Assembly (NCBI GenBank): GCA_964252035.1
Contig: OZ176213.1
Reading direction: 5' to 3' (one strand)
Source: Podarcis erhardii
Lineage: Eukaryota
DNA: 64,000 nt
The notes under the pieces were generated by a model that saw nothing but the letters and a program-made list of their open reading frames with translations, had not been told where the DNA came from and made no database searches. Of the stretch, positions 59,571-64,000 are shown in pieces (within the stretch, counting starts at the first letter, position 1; each line of letters opens with the position of its first letter). The position numbers and the translations under genes were made by a program.

Positions 59571-62500
59571 AGTTATGGCATAGAGAAGAGCATTGGTAGT
59601 TAAGAACCCAAGAAGAGCTCTGTTGGAGAAGACCACAGATGGTCCACCACCCTGTCCTCACAGGGACCAAAACAGATGTCTCACAAGCAGGATCCAAGTA
59701 TAACCAGCACCTTCCCAGCAGCAACTGGTTTTCAGAAGCGCACTGCCTCCAACAGTGCAGGTAGAGTACACCCATTGTGGGCAGTCGTGGTGCTTTAGTA
59801 AGTTGAGTTAATAGCGCACTGTGTGAAATGCTGTATGGCACCAGCAGCAGGGCATTTCAATTCTGCTCCCAAGCAATTGCTGCAAAGCAGTTCCTCAGCA
59901 GGGAGGATGCACTCAGTGTTATCAGCAGAGTGTTTCTGAGCAATTAATCAGTATGCTGGTCTGAATGGCACATCCAGTAAATGCTTGTGTATTTCTGTAA
60001 CAATGAATCACCCATTTAATACCCAGCACTACTAAGTACTGCACATAAAGCAGAATTTATTATCCCTGCGGCCCAAGTATTTTAACCTCTTTGCTCCTGG
60101 TAGCATTAATGGTCTCACTAGTTTTGGGTGCAGCTCTGTTCTTTTTGCCGGGGATGGGGGAGGCAAGTTACATGTTTGAAATTTCATACTGCCACCCATA
60201 TTGGTTATTTTAGCCAAAGGACTCCTTGAAACATGTTGGCTACTAAATTCCTTCTTACTGTACCTGGGAAACATAATGCAATAATTGCAGGAGCTGTATA
60301 CAAAATAAAATATTATTAGCACACAGGATGTTGTTGTTTTTGTTTCAATTTTTTTTTAAAGTGCAAAGCAGGGGCATTTAGAAATGTGTATGTTTTATAG
60401 TGACTGCTCTGTTTCTCCACTTTATCACCTGGGTTGCCATAAAACAAAACAAAACAAAACTTTACTGCTCATTTTTGGCAAAGCGCCCTCACTTGGCTTT
60501 CTATCCTATGCTATTTAAGGGACAGATTTTTATTTTTTTTTTTTTTGAAATTGGTGCTAAAATAAATAGGTGTGCTGAAAAACTGGGGTAATATAACTCA
60601 GGCTGCAAGGTTAGGGGCAAATGCATGGGAGCAGTGTGAATGCCACTGCAGACGAAGATGCAGTTGCAGTAGTGGGACCAGGATGTTGCCCAGATCTGCA
60701 GGGGGACATTGGACCATTTTGCATACAGCGAAAAAACATCAGGGGCCACCCCAGGAGCCCCATACACATAATTGCTTCAGAATTATATGAAAACAGACCC
60801 CTCAGTGCAGTTGCAAAAGGTTCAGTCCACCGCCTTGATTCAAAATGGCTTCCAGCTGTATCCCAACATCGATGAAAACCTGCTCATTGATTTCAGGAAC
60901 CATCATGCAAAATTTGGTACAATATCTTAAGGGATATTTAAAAGCACAGCAAAGATGACAAATTACTTTCCAAAATATCTAGTAGATGTTTTTTGGGAAG
61001 CAGCGTATGATAAAAATCTTCATTTGCCCCTGTTGTTGGCTACTTTTAAAGAAACCCATTGATGTTCTTGTACTTCACAGCAACAAACTTTTCCATTAAA
61101 GTATTGGAAACAAATACATTTTGTGGCATAGATACAGCCTCTCCACTGGGTGAAATATGTGACTATTCGAACCATATGTTAAAAAGTAACAATGACAAAT
61201 GGTTTGTTAGTAAATACTCCCAACAAATCTGTTGGTTGTTAATTGCTAGGAAGAAAAGCGGGGGCAGGGGGGGGACACCGAACCCTCTGCCAACCTTTTT
61301 AATTCAAGAAGTCATTTAGATTTTATTGCAGAGCATTAGAATGATTAATGCTGGAAGAGGAATATTTAATCTCCAACGGACAGCGCTGATTTAGTTTTCT
61401 TTGTTCCTTACCTTTCACTGGAAGGACTTATCAGAGGTGGGATTTCAGGTTTTCATTTCAGTTGTTGCCAAGTTGCAATCAGCAATTAATTAGCCTCATG
61501 GGTGATATTACTCACTTTGAACTGGGAACCGGACAATCCCTGAAGAGTATCTTGGCTCTAAGCTTCTGCAGGGACAAACACACACGCATGCACACACTCT
61601 CTTACACTTTTTTAAAAAAATCAGGGGTGCAAAGCCTTTTCCAAGCTAAGGGCCACAATCCCTTCTGACTAACCTTCCAGGGGCCACATTCCAGTGGTGG
61701 GCAGGGCCAGAAGTAAAAGTGGGTGGAGCAATTAATGTAATTTCATAGGCTAGTTTTTACACATTCTCAGCCCCTTTGTCTGCCAGCCAGGCAAGCAACA
61801 GGCATTATTATCCAAATTCAAGGACACATTCCAGACAGGCAAAATTTTCTAGAGTGTGACTTCATTATACAGCTTTTAGGCACTAGGCGAAAACATCCCT
61901 CTTTAACCAGGCCTTTGGCTGACTGGCATTCAATGTCCTTTTAAAATGTGTTGGGGAGGGGGGGAATGTATTGTGTTGTCTTTGTTTTCATTATGTATTT
62001 TCTGTCTTTATATTGTGATTTTATGTTGAAACTGCCCTGAGACCTGCAGGTATAGGGCGGTATACCAATTTAATAAATAATAATAGGTCCTGTGAGGAGT
62101 GTGGCCTGGGCTGAGGAGAGTTCTGAGGGCCTGAAAATAATCCATGTAAATTGCATATTCAAAGTAAACATGGTTTTTTTCAGAGGCGTCCCCACCACCA
62201 TCACCAAATAATAGAAATAAATGACTGAACTTTCACATGCATGCATATTTAATTTCGCAGAGAATTGCATAAATATTGTATTTGGAGATTCTAGAACACC
62301 CCATTAAAATTGCAAGACATTTCCATTATCCCTTTTATAATAGAATGTGGAATTAGGAGCTCATCTATGGAAATAAAATGAAATAAAAAATTCTCAACTT
62401 CTTATCTTCCCTTTTGTCCTCTAAGCGCCGTAAACGCACAGAGAGGCTCGTATGTCTGGGCTTTGTTTTTCATTAATTAGATTTGGAAAACAGCCCATTT

Positions 62501-63049
62501 TCTTTCTCTGGGCTCTGTTGCTTTTTGAAATAAATTCTAATCAAGGATAAGAATGCTAACTGCCTAAGCACCAGAGTTTCATGGGGACCAGGAAGGTACA
62601 CAAAGATGTTTAGTACAATGTTTAAGAGAGAGACAGTGTACACACCATATACTTAAAACACATTTCCCACTCCAAAGAATGTTGGGAACTGTAGTTACAC
62701 CTCACCGAGCTACAGCACCCAGCACCCTTAAGAAACTAGAGTTCCCAAGATTCTTTGGGCAAAGCCGTGTGCTTTAATTGTATGGTGTGTACATAGCCAA
62801 AGAAGGGAGCTAACTGTCCCTTATTTACTATCCTCTGTTTTCTTGTACCTGCTGCTGGTGAATCTTTAATCCCTCAGACAATTTGCATGACATTTTTCAC
62901 AGTGGAGGGTGTTCTACTCCTGCTTTAGTTGTTTCTCTCTTTCCCCCCACCCCCTTTTACCTCCTGCTATAATCACATATGTTCCAAGAGTCTCTTATCT
63001 TTCTTTCCCGTTACGTGTATTTTTAACATTTCCTTTCCCTCCTCTCCAG

Positions 63050-63266
63050 GTTTATTAGAAAACAAGGGCTGGACAGGCTTTTCCTGGAATGTGATACCCA
63101 CATGTGGCGCCTTGGTGACCGGAAGATTCCGGAAGGAATAACGGTGGATGGCGGGTCAGACTGGTTCCTGCTGAACAGGAAGTTTGTGGAATATATCACC
63201 TTTTCTAACGATGACCTGGTGACGAAGATGAAAAGGTTCTATTCCTACACATTACTCCCAGCTGAG
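63050..63266 (+). CDS. XYLT1: Xylosyltransferase 1 exon 7, 217 nt, phase 2 to 0
   Basis: Acceptor cctctccag|G, donor GAG|gtgagc. (R)[72 protein letters not shown]. Confidence 0.97.
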
Positions 63267-63861
63267 GTGAGCAAACTTGCGGAGAGCCCTGTCCCACCAC
63301 AGAAAAATAAAAACAGCACCGGGGTAATTCATGAATGCCTGAATTATAGCTGTTCAGTGTTATGAAAGGCTTTTTCCTTTGGTTATTGGTTAGTTGATTG
63401 GTTGGTTGGTTGCTTTGAAGCTGCTCCACTTTAACATACATTACCTTTCTAAAAATCAAGGCCAGTCCTATCATTAGGCAGGGTGAGGAAGCTGCCTCAG
63501 GTGATGGAACCTGATTGGTTACGTCGTGGAGGGAGCAGAATTCTTGATGGCTGTTCCTCCTGACTTCATGGAGGACAAGGCTATCAGTGTGGCTCCTCAT
63601 CATGTCTACTGCCTTCCAAGGTCAGAGGTGATATTCCCCTGAATGCAAGTCCCTGGTGAGAAATGATGGGAGAATGCTGTTGCCCTCTTGTCCTGCTTTG
63701 GACTTCTCACAGGCAGCTGGTTGGCCACCATGGGGAGGGTGGAGGAAGGATGCTGGACTAGACAGGCCTTTGTTCTGATCAAGCAGAGCTCTCTTTTTGT
63801 TCCATGAGGAAGAAGTATGTTACAATCACCCTGTTTGATCAGACCCAATGTCCACCTAGTC

Positions 63862-64000
63862 CAGGGGTCAGCAAACTTTTTCAGCAGAGAGCCAGTCCAC
63901 TGTCCCTCAGACCTTGGGGGGGGGCGGACTATATTTTGAAGGGGGGAAATGAACGAATTCCTGTGCCCTATGAATAACCCAGAGATGCATTTTAAATAAA
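63862..64000 (+). mobile_element. hAT-type MITE, second copy of the 33082 family, cut by the window end
   Basis: CAGGGGTCAGCAAAC start and colinear match to 33082-33220. Confidence 0.85.

Overview
Vertebrate genomic DNA, most likely a lacertid lizard (Podarcis/Lacerta/Zootoca type). This is inferred from the Sauria SINE, BovB, Squam3-like SINE and lizard-type CR1/L2/L1 content. The whole window lies inside one + strand gene, XYLT1 (xylosyltransferase 1, GT14 family, initiates chondroitin/heparan sulfate linker synthesis). Five coding exons are present, orthologous to human exons 3-7 (20234-20765, 40009-40181, 43169-43371, 56248-56328, 63050-63266; 1206 nt, 402 codons). All have GT-AG ends and consistent phases. 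About 98% of the window is intron, densely filled with transposable elements: LINEs (BovB, CR1, L1, L2), several SINE families, TA-flanked Tc1/mariner-class MITEs, 8-bp-TSD hAT MITEs, LTR and Gypsy relics, Penelope relics and microsatellites. Nearly all other ORFs in the supplied track are noise, antisense shadows or LINE fragments. There is no CRISPR array, operon, rRNA or intact tRNA, and I found no clearly new protein-coding system. The most interesting signals are structural: (1) a five-element nested TE stack that contains a close inverted SINE pair; (2) a tail-out composite of two different retroposons at a single 3-bp site; (3) three independent inverted repeat pairs that bracket exon 3, exons 3-4 and exons 3-5, where an exon 3-4 circle would be a 705-nt stop-free ORF. 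Repeat family names come from recognition of the sequence, not from a database search.
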